From an uncultured Chloroflexia bacterium (lineage in GTDB: Bacteria; Chloroflexota; Limnocylindria; Limnocylindrales; CSP1-4), in assembly GCA_963742075.1 (NCBI GenBank), contig CAVUKR010000003.1, forward strand, positions 4,248-68,247: a DNA stretch of 64,000 nt, in the 5' to 3' direction. This document shows, one piece after another, positions 38,482 through 49,171 of this stretch. The stretch's first letter is position 1, and each line of letters starts with the position of its first letter. The notes beneath the pieces were generated by a model, which was not told the DNA's origin, ran no database searches, and saw only the letters and a program-made list of their open reading frames with translations. The translations under genes and the position numbers were made by a program.

Positions 38482-38508
38482 GACCCGGGTTGTCAGCCGA
38501 CCCGGGTC
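38482..38508. terminator. hairpin between convergent zinc-ribbon and plsY genes (possible bidirectional terminator)
   Basis: GACCCGGGT-tgtcagccg-ACCCGGGTC forms a 9-bp stem. Weak U content follows on the + strand (GUUCGAUUCUCG). Confidence 0.3.
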
Positions 38509-39172
38509 GTTCGATTCTCGAGCCGCTCGGTCGCTTCCCTGCCAGCAGCCCCAGGTCGAACTTGCGCTCCGTGCCGTGGAGCAGACGGTCGATGTTGTCG
38601 GCATGGGCCAGCCAGATCAGCGCCGCCCCGACCGCCGAGTAGATGACGTACGGCAAGGGCGTGTCCGGCACGACCAGCAGGACCAGCAGCATGGCCGGGA
38701 ACATGGCCGCCGAGCCGATCAGCGACCCGAGCGACACGTACCGCGTCAGCAGGATCACGCCGATGAAGACCGGCGTCGCAAGCAGTACCGCGACGGGCTG
38801 GATGACCAGCATCGTGCCGACCCCGGTCCCGACCCCCCGGCCGCTCCGGAACCCGGCGAAGACCGACCAGATCGCGCCGGCGACCGCGGCCGCGCCGCAC
38901 AGCACCTCGACGAGCGGATCGCCGCCGGTGACGTACCTGGCAAGCAGCACCGGCACAACGCCCTTGAGCAGGTCGCCGGTCACGACGATCGCGGCCCGGC
39001 CGCGTCCCAGCGCGCGCAGGGCGTTCGTGCCGCCCGTCCGACCGGACCCGATCGTCCGCGGATCCGTCCCTCCGCTGACCCGGGCCACGACAACCCCCAT
39101 CGGGATCGAACCCAGGAGGTAGGCGATGAGCATCAGGACGACGGTCCGAAGCACGATCGCGGGGTCCACCAA
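38497..39172 (-). CDS. plsY: glycerol-3-phosphate acyltransferase PlsY (3' end unresolved; in-frame stop missing)
   Basis: N-terminal 210 aa of ORF 37286-39172: LLGSIPMGVVVAR, GSGRTGGTNALRALG, HADNIDRLLHGTERKF. Beyond about 38530 the frame runs antisense through two good genes. Confidence 0.8.
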
Positions 39173-39351
39173 GCACGCTCCAGCGGCGATCGGCGAGCCC
39201 TGGCCGCAGGGACGCCCGACCGCCGGAGTCTAGCATCAGGCGCCCGCGTCGCTCGGTTGCGCGTCTCGCGATGCCGCGCGTACCATCGGTCGCGATGACC
39301 CACCTGCCCAGCCGACGCGCGACGGCTTCGAGGCGCTCCGAGGCTCCCTGA

Positions 39352-40798
<1,447 letters not shown>

Positions 40799-40849
40799 GG
40801 CAGGCAAGGCCGGCAGCGCCGGCGACACGAGGAGGCCGGACCAGCACCG

Positions 40850-41879
40850 ATGGCGGTCATCCGCGACAGCGACTCCCACCTCGGCGCCGGCGTCGGCCTG
40901 ACCGACGCCGACCTCCTCGAGATGTACCGCTACGTCGCGCTCGCGCGCGCAGTCGACGAGCGGATGTGGATCCTCAACCGCGCCGGTCGCATCCCGTTCG
41001 TGATCAGCGGCCAGGGCCACGAGGGGGCGCAGGTCGGGATCGCCTGGGCGTTCGAACGCGGTCACGACTGGATCGCGCCGTTCTATCGCTCGATCGCGAC
41101 CTGCCTGACGTTCGGGATGAGCCCGCGCGACATCATGACCGCGCAGTACGCGACCGCGTCCGACCCGTCGTCGGGCGGTCGCCAGATGCCGGGCCACTAC
41201 GGCAGCCACGAGCACAACATCGTGTCCGTCTCGTCACCGGTCGCGACCCAGCTCCTGCACGCGGTCGGGATCGCCCTGGCAGCCAAGATCCGCAAGACCG
41301 GCCAGGTCGCGATGGCCAGCATGGGCGAGGGATCGTCGAACCAGGGCGACGTCCACGAGGGCCTCAACTTCGCGGCCATCCATAAGCTGCCGTTCGTCTT
41401 CGTCGTCGAGAACAACGGCTATGCGATCAGCGTCCCGGCCGCGATGGAGGTCTCGGTCGAGGACGTGGCCGACCGGGCGTCGGGCTACGGGATCCCGGGC
41501 GTGGTCGTGGACGGGGCGGACGTGCTGGCCTGCTACGCGGCGGCGCGCGAGGCGGTCGCGCTCGCGCGTTCCGGCGGGGGACCGACCCTGATCGAGGCGA
41601 AGGTGACCCGACTGACCGGCCACTCGTCCGACGACCAGCAGACGAAGTACCGGTCCGAGGAAGACCTCGAATCCGGTCGCGAGCACGACGCGCTGCCGCG
41701 TTTCCGCGAGCAGCTCCGCGATGCCGGCGTCCTGACCGACGAGATCGAGGCCGCCATGTCGGCCGAGATCGCCGCCGCGGTCGAAGACGCGACCGAATAC
41801 GCCGAGCATCAGCCCGATCCCGATCCCGCGTCAGGCGACGCGCTACGTGTACGCCGAGGATCCCGAGGCCGCCGGCTGA
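40850..41879 (+). CDS. 2-oxoacid dehydrogenase E1 component, alpha subunit (C-terminal frameshift as assembled)
   Basis: First 330 aa of ORF 40850-42862 (GQGHEGAQVG, TPP motif GEGSSNQGDVHEGLNFA, VVENNGYAIS). The native tail RYVYAEDPEAAG* is in another frame and ends in a TGATG overlap with the E1 beta ATG. Confidence 0.85.
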
Positions 41880-42862
41880 TGCCGCCCCGCACGTTCATCG
41901 AGGCGATCCGCGAGACGCTGGCCGACGAGATGCGCCGTGACGAGACCGTCATCGTCCTCGGCGAGGATGTCGGGAAGAAGGGCGGCGTCTTCCTGGCCAC
42001 CGACGGGCTGTGGGCGGAGTTCGGCGACGACCGGGTCATCGACACCCCGCTGACCGAATCGATGATCATCGGCGCTTCGATAGGCGCGGCGGTGAACGGG
42101 CTGCGGCCGGTCCCCGAGATCCAGTTCGCCGACTTCATCTTCCCCGCCTTCAACCAGATCGTGTCCGAGGCGGCCCGGATGCGCTATCGCTCGAACAACG
42201 GCTACGGCGTCCCGATGACGATCCGCGCCCCGTACGGCGGCGGCGTCCACGGCGCGCTCTACCACTCGCAGTCGGTGGAGGCGTTCTTCACGCACGTCCC
42301 GGGGCTCAAGGTGGTCGTGCCATCAACGCCGTACGACGCCCGCGGCCTGCTGCGGTCGTCGATCCGCGACGAGGACCCGGTCCTCTTCTTCGAGCACAAG
42401 AAGATGTACCGCTCGGTCCGCGGCGAGGTCCCGGATACGGACTACACGGTGCCCCTGGGCGTCGCCAAGGTCACCCACCCGGGCTCGCAGGTGACGGTGG
42501 TCGCGTATGGGCTGATGGCCCACTACGCGCTGGAGGCCGCCGACCGCGTCGCCGACGACGGGATCAGCGCCGAGGTCGTCGACCTCCGGACGCTCCGGCC
42601 GCTCGACCGCGAGACGCTGCTCGACTCGGTCCGCAAGACCGGCAAGTGCCTCGTCGTCTACGAGGACAACAAGTTCGGGGGCTACGGGGCGGAGGTCGCG
42701 GCGATCGTCGGCGAGGAGGCGTTCGACTACCTCGACGGGCCGGTCACGCGGATCGCCGGCCCCGAGGTGCCGGGCGTTCCCTACAACCACGTCCTCGAGG
42801 ACTGGTTCATGGTCAACCCGGAGAAGATCGCCGAGGGCATCCGGAAGCTCGCGGCCTACTGA
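41879..42862 (+). CDS. 2-oxoacid dehydrogenase E1 component, beta subunit
   Basis: MPPRTFIEAIRETLADEM..., DTPLTESMIIG, EIQFADFIFPAF and the transketolase C-terminal domain, up to the end of ORF 40850-42862. Confidence 0.9.
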   Translation: MPPRTFIEAIRETLADEMRRDETVIVLGEDVGKKGGVFLATDGLWAEFGDDRVIDTPLTESMIIGASIGAAVNGLRPVPEIQFADFIFPAFNQIVSEAARMRYRSNNGYGVPMTIRAPYGGGVHGALYHSQSVEAFFTHVPGLKVVVPSTPYDARGLLRSSIRDEDPVLFFEHKKMYRSVRGEVPDTDYTVPLGVAKVTHPGSQVTVVAYGLMAHYALEAADRVADDGISAEVVDLRTLRPLDRETLLDSVRKTGKCLVVYEDNKFGGYGAEVAAIVGEEAFDYLDGPVTRIAGPEVPGVPYNHVLEDWFMVNPEKIAEGIRKLAAY

Positions 42863-42871
42863 GGGCGGTTC

Positions 42872-43168
42872 TCAGACCGTTTCGGGGTCCGACGCCGGAG
42901 CGTCGGTCGACTCGGCCTTCTGGTGGGCGCGGGTGTGCCAGGTGTCGAGCATCCACTCGATCTTCGGCGGCAGCCGGAATGAGCCGGCTTCGACGTCGCC
43001 CCCGAACCGCCGGTCGTGGCCGTGCCCGTGTCCGGAGGCACCCGATGGCGTCCACCCGGACTCCCACATCATCCGGCGGTGATGCATGCCTTTGGCGACG
43101 ATCACCGCTGCTGGGATAAGCAGCAGGACAGCCCAATTGGGGCCCCGGCTGGCATTTCGTTCGTTCAT
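42872..43168 (-). CDS. small membrane protein (98 aa) with His/Gly motif
   Basis: Internal ATG of ORF 42872-43276 (MNERNASRGPNWAVLLLIPAAVIVAKG..GHGHGHD..). Confidence 0.5.
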   Translation of the reverse strand: MNERNASRGPNWAVLLLIPAAVIVAKGMHHRRMMWESGWTPSGASGHGHGHDRRFGGDVEAGSFRLPPKIEWMLDTWHTRAHQKAESTDAPASDPETV

Positions 43169-43341
43169 GTCGTCCTCTGACACTCGGTCTGGGCTCTGTC
43201 GCGGGTCGTTCGCCTGCGTTCGCGTTCCACTGTCGCCGCGACTTGTGGAGCAGGCATGGATGCACCGGGGAGACATTCCGGCCGAGGTCCGATCCGCGCC
43301 TCAGGCTTCCCGGCCGAGGACCAACCAGCGAGAATGGCGGC

Positions 43342-43746
43342 ATGGCGACTGCCCCGAGATCTGACTTCGCCGAAGTCGATCGGCGCCTTCGCCAGATCTT
43401 CGATCCGTTCCGCTCGCGGCTCGTCGCGACCACGGACGACACCGTCGGCCTGATGCTCCAGATCCCCGGGCTCGAAGACCAGCCATGGGGCTACGTCGGC
43501 GGCACCCGCGTCGGCAAGCGCTACGTCAGCGTCTACCTGATGTCCGTGTACGCCCATCCCGAAGTCGTCGAATCGATGTCGCCCGCTCTGCGCCGCCGCA
43601 TGCAGGGCAAGTCGTGCTTCAACTTCACGACCGTGGATGAGCCGCTGTTCGAGGAACTGGGCCAGATCGCCCAGGCAGGCTTCGACCGCTACCTCGCGCT
43701 GGCACCCGAGTTCGCAGAGAGGAAGCGTCCGGCGAAATCACGCTGA
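43342..43746 (+). CDS. hypothetical protein (134 aa)
   Basis: Internal ATG of ORF 43243-43746. High GC3. No family recognised with confidence. Confidence 0.55.
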   Translation: MATAPRSDFAEVDRRLRQIFDPFRSRLVATTDDTVGLMLQIPGLEDQPWGYVGGTRVGKRYVSVYLMSVYAHPEVVESMSPALRRRMQGKSCFNFTTVDEPLFEELGQIAQAGFDRYLALAPEFAERKRPAKSR

Positions 43747-43965
43747 GGGACGGGCGTGTCACCTCGCCGGGGAGCTGGAGAAGTCACGGCGTATCGGGCC
43801 TGACCGGATCGAGGTCGCCACGGTCTTCTACCTCGCTTGGCGCGCGGTCGCCTGACTCCGTTCGCCGGCCCGTCGCAGCGCCGCCCGCCGGCCGGGGTGC
43901 TTGCGGAACGTGCGTCCGGCACCAAACCGTTGACGAGCTCGATGGGTTCCGCCACGCTCTGATCG

Positions 43966-44919
43966 ATGGCTGGTCGATCGCCAATCGCGGTCATAGCCGT
44001 CGATGCGGTCGAGGTGAAGATCGTCGTCGACGGCTTCGTCGACGTCCTCATGGCCGACGCACCCGGCGTCGAGCGGTATCGAGCCTCGGACTTCGGCGAT
44101 CCCAACGAACTCATCGCCGAGCACGGCTTCGCGGCGCTCGTGACCGTCGCCGCTGACGGGGATCGCCGGTCCATCCTCTACGACGGCGGGCTCACGCCGA
44201 CAGTCCTCAGCCGGAACCTCGACGTCCTCGGGGTCCGCGCCGCGGACCTCCGGGCGATCGTCATCTCGCATGGCCACACTGACCACCAGGGTGGGCTCGA
44301 AGGCGTCGCGCGACGGCTGGGTCGTCGCCGGCTCCCGCTGGTCATCCATCCCGGCGCCTGGCGGGAGCGCAAGATCGTCTTCCCGACCGGGGCCGAGTTG
44401 CGTCTCCCACCACCGAGCCGGGCCGACCTCGAGGCGGAGGGCCTGACGGTCATCGAGGAGCAGCGACCGACCGTCCTCATCGATGGGACCGTCCTCGTCT
44501 CGGGCCAAGTCGAGCGCTCGACGAGCTTCGAACGGGGCTTCCCGATCCACTACGCCCGTGCTGAGGGCGGCTGGGAGCCGGATCCGATGATCTGGGACGA
44601 CCAGAACGTCGTCATCAACGTTCGCGGCAAGGGCCTCGTCGTCGTCTCCGGCTGCTCGCATGCGGGCGCCGTCAACGTCCTACGGAACGCCCAGCGACTG
44701 ACCGGCGAGGAGCGGATCGCCGGGTTCGTCGGCGGGCTGCACCTCACGGGTGGTCTGTTCGAGCCGATCATCAGCGAGACCGTCGCGGCGCTCGCCGAGA
44801 TGCACGTCGGCGTCGTCATGCCGGCGCATTGCACGGGCTGGCGAGCCGTCCACGCTCTGGCCCGGACGATGCCGGACGCGTTCGTCCAGCCATCGATCGG
44901 AACGTCGGTCCGATTCTGA
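43966..44919 (+). CDS. MBL-fold metallo-hydrolase
   Basis: 317-aa ORF with ISHGHTDHQGG, SGCSHAG and MPAHCTG. Confidence 0.8.
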   Translation: MAGRSPIAVIAVDAVEVKIVVDGFVDVLMADAPGVERYRASDFGDPNELIAEHGFAALVTVAADGDRRSILYDGGLTPTVLSRNLDVLGVRAADLRAIVISHGHTDHQGGLEGVARRLGRRRLPLVIHPGAWRERKIVFPTGAELRLPPPSRADLEAEGLTVIEEQRPTVLIDGTVLVSGQVERSTSFERGFPIHYARAEGGWEPDPMIWDDQNVVINVRGKGLVVVSGCSHAGAVNVLRNAQRLTGEERIAGFVGGLHLTGGLFEPIISETVAALAEMHVGVVMPAHCTGWRAVHALARTMPDAFVQPSIGTSVRF

Positions 44920-45017
44920 GACGGTCTGCACCGTCCGGTCGACAACCGACAATCGGCCACAGCCCCTAGGTCCCTCGCGCCCTTCCGCAAAGCCTTGGTG
45001 GCACAACCTGTGGCGTT

Positions 45018-45036
45018 ATTGACGCACGCTCTGCGA
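45018..45036 (+). repeat. 19-nt intergenic motif ATTGACGCACGCTCTGCGA (copy 1)
   Basis: Read directly. Copy 2 at 45961-45979 differs at one base. Confidence 0.7.
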
Positions 45037-45208
45037 CGGTGCGGTCCTCTCTTTTGAGGGGCGAGCACGCGGGGGCCGATCTCAACGCGGCCGAAACCGG
45101 CAGACTCCCCGGCACTCCCCGGCACTCGACCCTTGACGGCCGTCCGTGTCCGGCGCAGCGTTGTCCTCGGATCGCCGTCGGTCCGGCGGTGGATCGCAGA
45201 GGAGCCTC

Positions 45209-45427
45209 ATGCCCGAACCCAAGCCCAGGCGGGTGGAACACAACGCCCGGGTGTTCGTCGATCCGTACGGTATCGGCGGAGGAATCCCCGCGCCGATGAG
45301 CGCCCTCAGCGACGAGTATCACGACGAGCCGACCGAGCCCGAGGACTCAGATCGCGCGCCAGAACCTGATCCGCCAGGCCTTGCACATCGTGTTGTCGAA
45401 TGGCTGAGGGGCCGCTCGAAGTCGTAA
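45209..45427 (+). CDS. hypothetical small acidic protein (72 aa)
   Basis: GAGGAG lies 5 nt upstream of the ATG at 45209, within ORF 45146-45427. Confidence 0.45.
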   Translation: MPEPKPRRVEHNARVFVDPYGIGGGIPAPMSALSDEYHDEPTEPEDSDRAPEPDPPGLAHRVVEWLRGRSKS

Positions 45428-45595
45428 TTGAGGTTGGTGGTCGACGCCAGCTCCACAAGCCGCCACAAACGCCGATGACTCTGGTGTCATCGGTGGGGGG
45501 TCCGGCCAGGCACTCGTCCCGTGGGTCAGTCCCGAGTCACCCCGGTCAGGTTCATCGTGACGAGGACGACTGGGCTTCGAGAGCTCTAGGGGGAG

Positions 45596-45859
45596 CTACG
45601 CCTCGACGAGGAGCACCAACGTTTCGGGCAGCACGCCGTCATAGTCCATGGCCGCGGCGCCCGCCTCCGTCTGCATGAAAGCCATGACGGCGTCCATGTC
45701 GGCAACGTCCATGAGCACCGCCACCTGGGTCGGGTTCTGCGGGTTGACGAATGTCCGGATGTTGGTGACGCCGAGGGGGCCGAACACCTCTTCGCGCTTC
45801 GGCGAGGCAAGCCAATGCTTGCTGTCTTTGACGTCGTGATGGCCGATCACGGTGGGCAT
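45596..45859 (-). CDS. hypothetical small protein (87 aa)
   Basis: AAGGAG lies 5 nt upstream of the internal ATG (MPTVIGHHDVKDSKHWL...) of ORF 45596-45958. Confidence 0.55.
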   Translation of the reverse strand: MPTVIGHHDVKDSKHWLASPKREEVFGPLGVTNIRTFVNPQNPTQVAVLMDVADMDAVMAFMQTEAGAAAMDYDGVLPETLVLLVEA

Positions 45860-45960
45860 GGTGTCTCCTTTGCGTCGTCGGCCCAGAGGTAGCGCCGGAC
45901 CCGGCTCGCAATCGTACGCCCCTGTCCCGCATGCCTGCATAGGCGGCGCGGGCAACACTC

Positions 45961-45979
45961 ATTGACGCACGCTTTGCGA
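45961..45979 (+). repeat. 19-nt intergenic motif ATTGACGCACGCTTTGCGA (copy 2), followed by a 9-bp-stem hairpin
   Basis: Read directly. The hairpin CCGAGCGTC-tcgtagcc-GACGCTCGG follows immediately. Confidence 0.7.
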
Positions 45980-46059
45980 GCCGAGCGTCTCGTAGCCGAC
46001 GCTCGGGGACTTCGTTGGGCACGTTGTGACCGAGTGCGCCGCTCTTCCTAGACCTGTCG

Positions 46060-46593
46060 TCAGTACCCGAGAGCGTCGAACGCGGCCGGATAGACGATCC
46101 GACCGGCGAGGTCGGGGCTGTATCCCGGGAGCCGCTTGACCATGAACGCGTCGTCGGGGATCTTCGGATGCGGGGGGATGAAGCCCAGCGAGCTCGCCCG
46201 CTCGAAGCCGAAGCGAGGGTAGTACGCAGCGATGCCCTCGACCATGATCGCAGGCTCGTTTGCTTCTTCCGCGCGGCCGAGCGCGTCCCGGATCAGCCGT
46301 GTCCCGACACCGATGCGCTGGCGGTCGGGCCGAACCGACATCGGCGTGAGATTGAGGATCCTTGTACGGGATCCCCCTTCAACGCCGACCCAGCTCAGCA
46401 TCACGTGAGCGATCACACCGGAGGAGTCCTCGGCGACCAACGCCAGCTCCGGAATGAACTGTTCCGACGCTCGAATGCGCTCGACGAAGGACGCGACGTC
46501 GTCGGGGTGTCCGACGAATGCCGCGCGGACCACCGCTGCGATCACGGGATGGTCCGCGTCGCGCTCGGGACGGATGATGACGCCCTCGGCCAC
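46060..46593 (-). CDS. GNAT-family N-acetyltransferase
   Basis: GTG start within ORF 46060-46737. [16 protein letters not shown], acetyl-CoA loop [22 protein letters not shown]. Confidence 0.8.
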   Translation of the reverse strand: MAEGVIIRPERDADHPVIAAVVRAAFVGHPDDVASFVERIRASEQFIPELALVAEDSSGVIAHVMLSWVGVEGGSRTRILNLTPMSVRPDRQRIGVGTRLIRDALGRAEEANEPAIMVEGIAAYYPRFGFERASSLGFIPPHPKIPDDAFMVKRLPGYSPDLAGRIVYPAAFDALGY

Positions 46594-46784
46594 GGTGGGC
46601 GATGGTAATCGGGGCACGCCGTCCGCGCCACCCTCCCACTGGCCATATCGACCGAATGTTCGCCCTGGCCGGAGATTGGACCCGACGATCCCCGCCACCT
46701 CCTGGACCCGGGAGTCCAGGGGCCCGGAGAGAGCCACTAGCCAGCATCACGCGGGGGTCGCCTGTCGCAGCTACGATTGCCGGC

Positions 46785-47213
46785 GTGAGACGGCGACTGC
46801 TGCTCGTGCTCTCGGCCGTCCTGATTGCTGGTTGCTCTCCGTTGGTGGCATGGCCGGCCCGCACGGCCTACCCGTTGCCACCGAACGCGATCGCCGTCCC
46901 GCTCCCGACCGCACCGCCGGCAGACCCGATCCCGTCCGGAGCGATCTGGGCGTGTCCCGCCTCCCTGTATGCGCCCATGCGCATCGCCTGGGATCGCTCT
47001 TCGGGCACCGTCGCGTTTATCGCGGTCGACACAGGGGCTCCCGTTCCGCTCGTTTGGCCACGAGGGTTCTCGGCGCGCATCGTCGGCGGCCGGCTCGAGA
47101 TCGTGGCGCCCGATGGCTCGGTCCTCGGAAGGGACGGCGACGTGCTTTCGACTCTCGGCGGGGGGCAGCCGATCTGCGCGATCGGCTCGACCTTTTACGG
47201 GCCGGCGCGCTGA
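46785..47213 (+). CDS. small lipoprotein
   Basis: GTG start within ORF 46602-47213 gives [18 protein letters not shown] (lipobox). Confidence 0.6.
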   Translation: MRRRLLLVLSAVLIAGCSPLVAWPARTAYPLPPNAIAVPLPTAPPADPIPSGAIWACPASLYAPMRIAWDRSSGTVAFIAVDTGAPVPLVWPRGFSARIVGGRLEIVAPDGSVLGRDGDVLSTLGGGQPICAIGSTFYGPAR

Positions 47214-47277
47214 TTTCGTCGTCGTGGTTCCTTGGTCGGCACCCATGCCATGACGCGCGACGAGTAGCCTGTCGGCG

Positions 47278-47712
47278 ATGAAGCTCACCGATGCCACCGA
47301 TGCCACCGATGCCACACGATCCTTGTTGGACGCACCATCGCCGGCCGTCATCACGCTCTACGATGCCGATGGCGAGGCGGTGGTCTCACCGGTTTGGTTT
47401 CGCCTCAACGCGGATGCGTTCGAGGTCGTGATGGCGATCGGCGATCGCAAGCTGGCCCACCTCGAGCGCGATCCTCGGTGCGTTCTCCTGATCTTCGAAA
47501 CGGTGCCGCCCTTCCGGGGCGTGCGGGTCCGAGGCCGCGCGACACTCACTCTCGACCACGGCGCCGAAGCTCGCCTCGCGATCGCTTCGCGGTACCTCGG
47601 GACAGAACGCGGCCGAAGGTACGCGGACACCGACCGACGCCCGCCTGGGGTCGTGGTCAGTCTGCCGACCGCGGATGCGCGCACGTGGGACCTGGATCTC
47701 ACGTTGCCGTAG
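47278..47712 (+). CDS. pyridoxamine 5'-phosphate oxidase-family (PPOX class, probably F420-dependent) protein
   Basis: 144-aa ORF with a split-barrel-like pattern (PVWFRLNADAFEVV...RDPRCVLLIFE...RGVRVRG.A). Contains a (GATGCCACC)x3 repeat at its 5' end. Confidence 0.7.
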   Translation: MKLTDATDATDATRSLLDAPSPAVITLYDADGEAVVSPVWFRLNADAFEVVMAIGDRKLAHLERDPRCVLLIFETVPPFRGVRVRGRATLTLDHGAEARLAIASRYLGTERGRRYADTDRRPPGVVVSLPTADARTWDLDLTLP

Positions 47713-47794
47713 CCGCTCGCCTCGCGCCCGCCGGGACGCCAACTCCGGGCAGGTCGGCCCCGCGAATCCCCGGCCCTACTGCCGAATGCCCCGG

Positions 47795-48178
47795 CTATTC
47801 GTCGGCGATGCCGAAGGCCCGCTTGACAGACGCCCGGTTCAGGTACCAGAGCAGAAGGAACGGGAATGCTGTCGAGGCCAGGGCATAGCTCAGGTTGCCG
47901 GTGCCCAGCAGCGCGAAGATGGCCTCGAGGATGCCGAGGATCGCAAGGATGTGCCCGAGCATCCATCCCCATGGCATCAGGCGCCACGCGGCCACGCCCC
48001 CGGCCCAGAACGCCAGACCGGTCAGGACGATGAGCCAGCCCCAGATCCATGTTCCTTGCCCGGCCGGGAGCGGTCCGAACGTGACGCCAGTGGTCAGCTG
48101 GAAGCCGAGCATCATGTAGGCGATGCCGGCCGCCCCGAAGATGATCGCGAGGATGGTGACTCCGAGCGGTCGTTTCAC
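47795..48178 (-). CDS. four-TM membrane protein
   Basis: 127-aa ORF, strongly hydrophobic and Trp/Gly-rich. Confidence 0.65.
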   Translation of the reverse strand: MKRPLGVTILAIIFGAAGIAYMMLGFQLTTGVTFGPLPAGQGTWIWGWLIVLTGLAFWAGGVAAWRLMPWGWMLGHILAILGILEAIFALLGTGNLSYALASTAFPFLLLWYLNRASVKRAFGIADE

Positions 48179-48220
48179 GGTAGCTCTCCTCGAACGAGAT
48201 AGGGCCGTCGATCGGGCTCG

Positions 48221-48502
48221 CTACGTTCCGCGATAGGCGGAGTACTCCTTCCGGCCCGCGAAGAACCCGATCCCCCAGGTCCCAAGGTCGATGAGCAGGG
48301 CGCACCCCAGGAAGATCCAGTTGAGGAGGCTCAAGCCGTTCGGCTGCGCGAACGCGTAGATGAGCGTGGTCCACGGGAAGATCAGGAACCCGCCTACGAG
48401 CCAGGCCTCCGATCCGAAGACGGACTGCCAGGCGGCCTGATCATTCGCCCACCCGGCGAGGATCGCGAATCGCGGCAGGATCGCCCCGAATATCGCCATC
48501 AT
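48221..48502 (-). CDS. small membrane protein (93 aa)
   Basis: AGGGAGG lies 8 nt upstream of the ATGATG at 48502, within ORF 48221-48571. Three hydrophobic segments. Confidence 0.6.
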   Translation of the reverse strand: MMAIFGAILPRFAILAGWANDQAAWQSVFGSEAWLVGGFLIFPWTTLIYAFAQPNGLSLLNWIFLGCALLIDLGTWGIGFFAGRKEYSAYRGT

Positions 48503-48750
48503 CAGAAACACCTCCCTTACGTGGCCCCATCGTATCCGGCGGCGGGGGCGCCCATCGATGATTCGCGTCATGCCGCGCCGAGACTTCTCAGGCTCGCTGG
48601 GCGATCAGCAGGGCCGCCAGCGCGCTGCTGATCGTTGGTCTCGTGACTGCCGCGGGTGCCATCGTGTCGGCGCGAGGGACCCGGCTCCCCCGACGCGAGT
48701 GTTGGTCTGCCATACACTCGACGTCCCCAAGACCCCGAAGGAGAAGCTCG

Positions 48751-49170
48751 ATGGATCACACTTCGACCCTCCAGCGCATGTACGACCTGGTCAACGCCGG
48801 GGACATCGACGGATTCGGAGAGCTGCTGGCCGACGATTTCGTCGAGCACGAGGTGACGCCTGGTCTCGCGCCGACCAGGGAGGGTGTCAAGACCTTCTTC
48901 CGGGCGTATCGCGCCGCGTTCCCCGACCTGCGCATGACCACCGAAGACGTCATGTCGAGCGGAGACAGGGCGGTCGCCCGCGTGCGCGCCACGGGGACGA
49001 ACCAGGGCGACTTCATGGGCATGCCGGCCACCGGCAAAAGCGTGGACGTGCAGCTGATCGACATCATGCGGTTCGGCGACGACGGCCTCGTCCACGAGCA
49101 CTGGGGTGTCGTCGATTCACTGGCGATGCTGCAGCAACTCGGCGTCGTGCCGGCGGGCGCCCCGGCCTAG
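48751..49170 (+). CDS. SnoaL-like ester cyclase / polyketide-cyclase-fold protein
   Basis: AAGGAG lies upstream of the internal ATG. LQRMYDLVNAGDIDGFGELLADDFVEHE..., GDFMGMPATGKSV...MRFGDDGLVHEHWGV. Confidence 0.75.
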   Translation: MDHTSTLQRMYDLVNAGDIDGFGELLADDFVEHEVTPGLAPTREGVKTFFRAYRAAFPDLRMTTEDVMSSGDRAVARVRATGTNQGDFMGMPATGKSVDVQLIDIMRFGDDGLVHEHWGVVDSLAMLQQLGVVPAGAPA

Positions 49171-49171
49171 G

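Noticed and set aside
40850-42862. A natural single-polypeptide E1 alpha-beta fusion (670 aa).
   Set aside because: The linker is Arg-rich nonsense. A neighbouring frame gives a normal E1 alpha C-terminus ending in a TGATG overlap with the E1 beta start, so a frameshift explains the fusion better.
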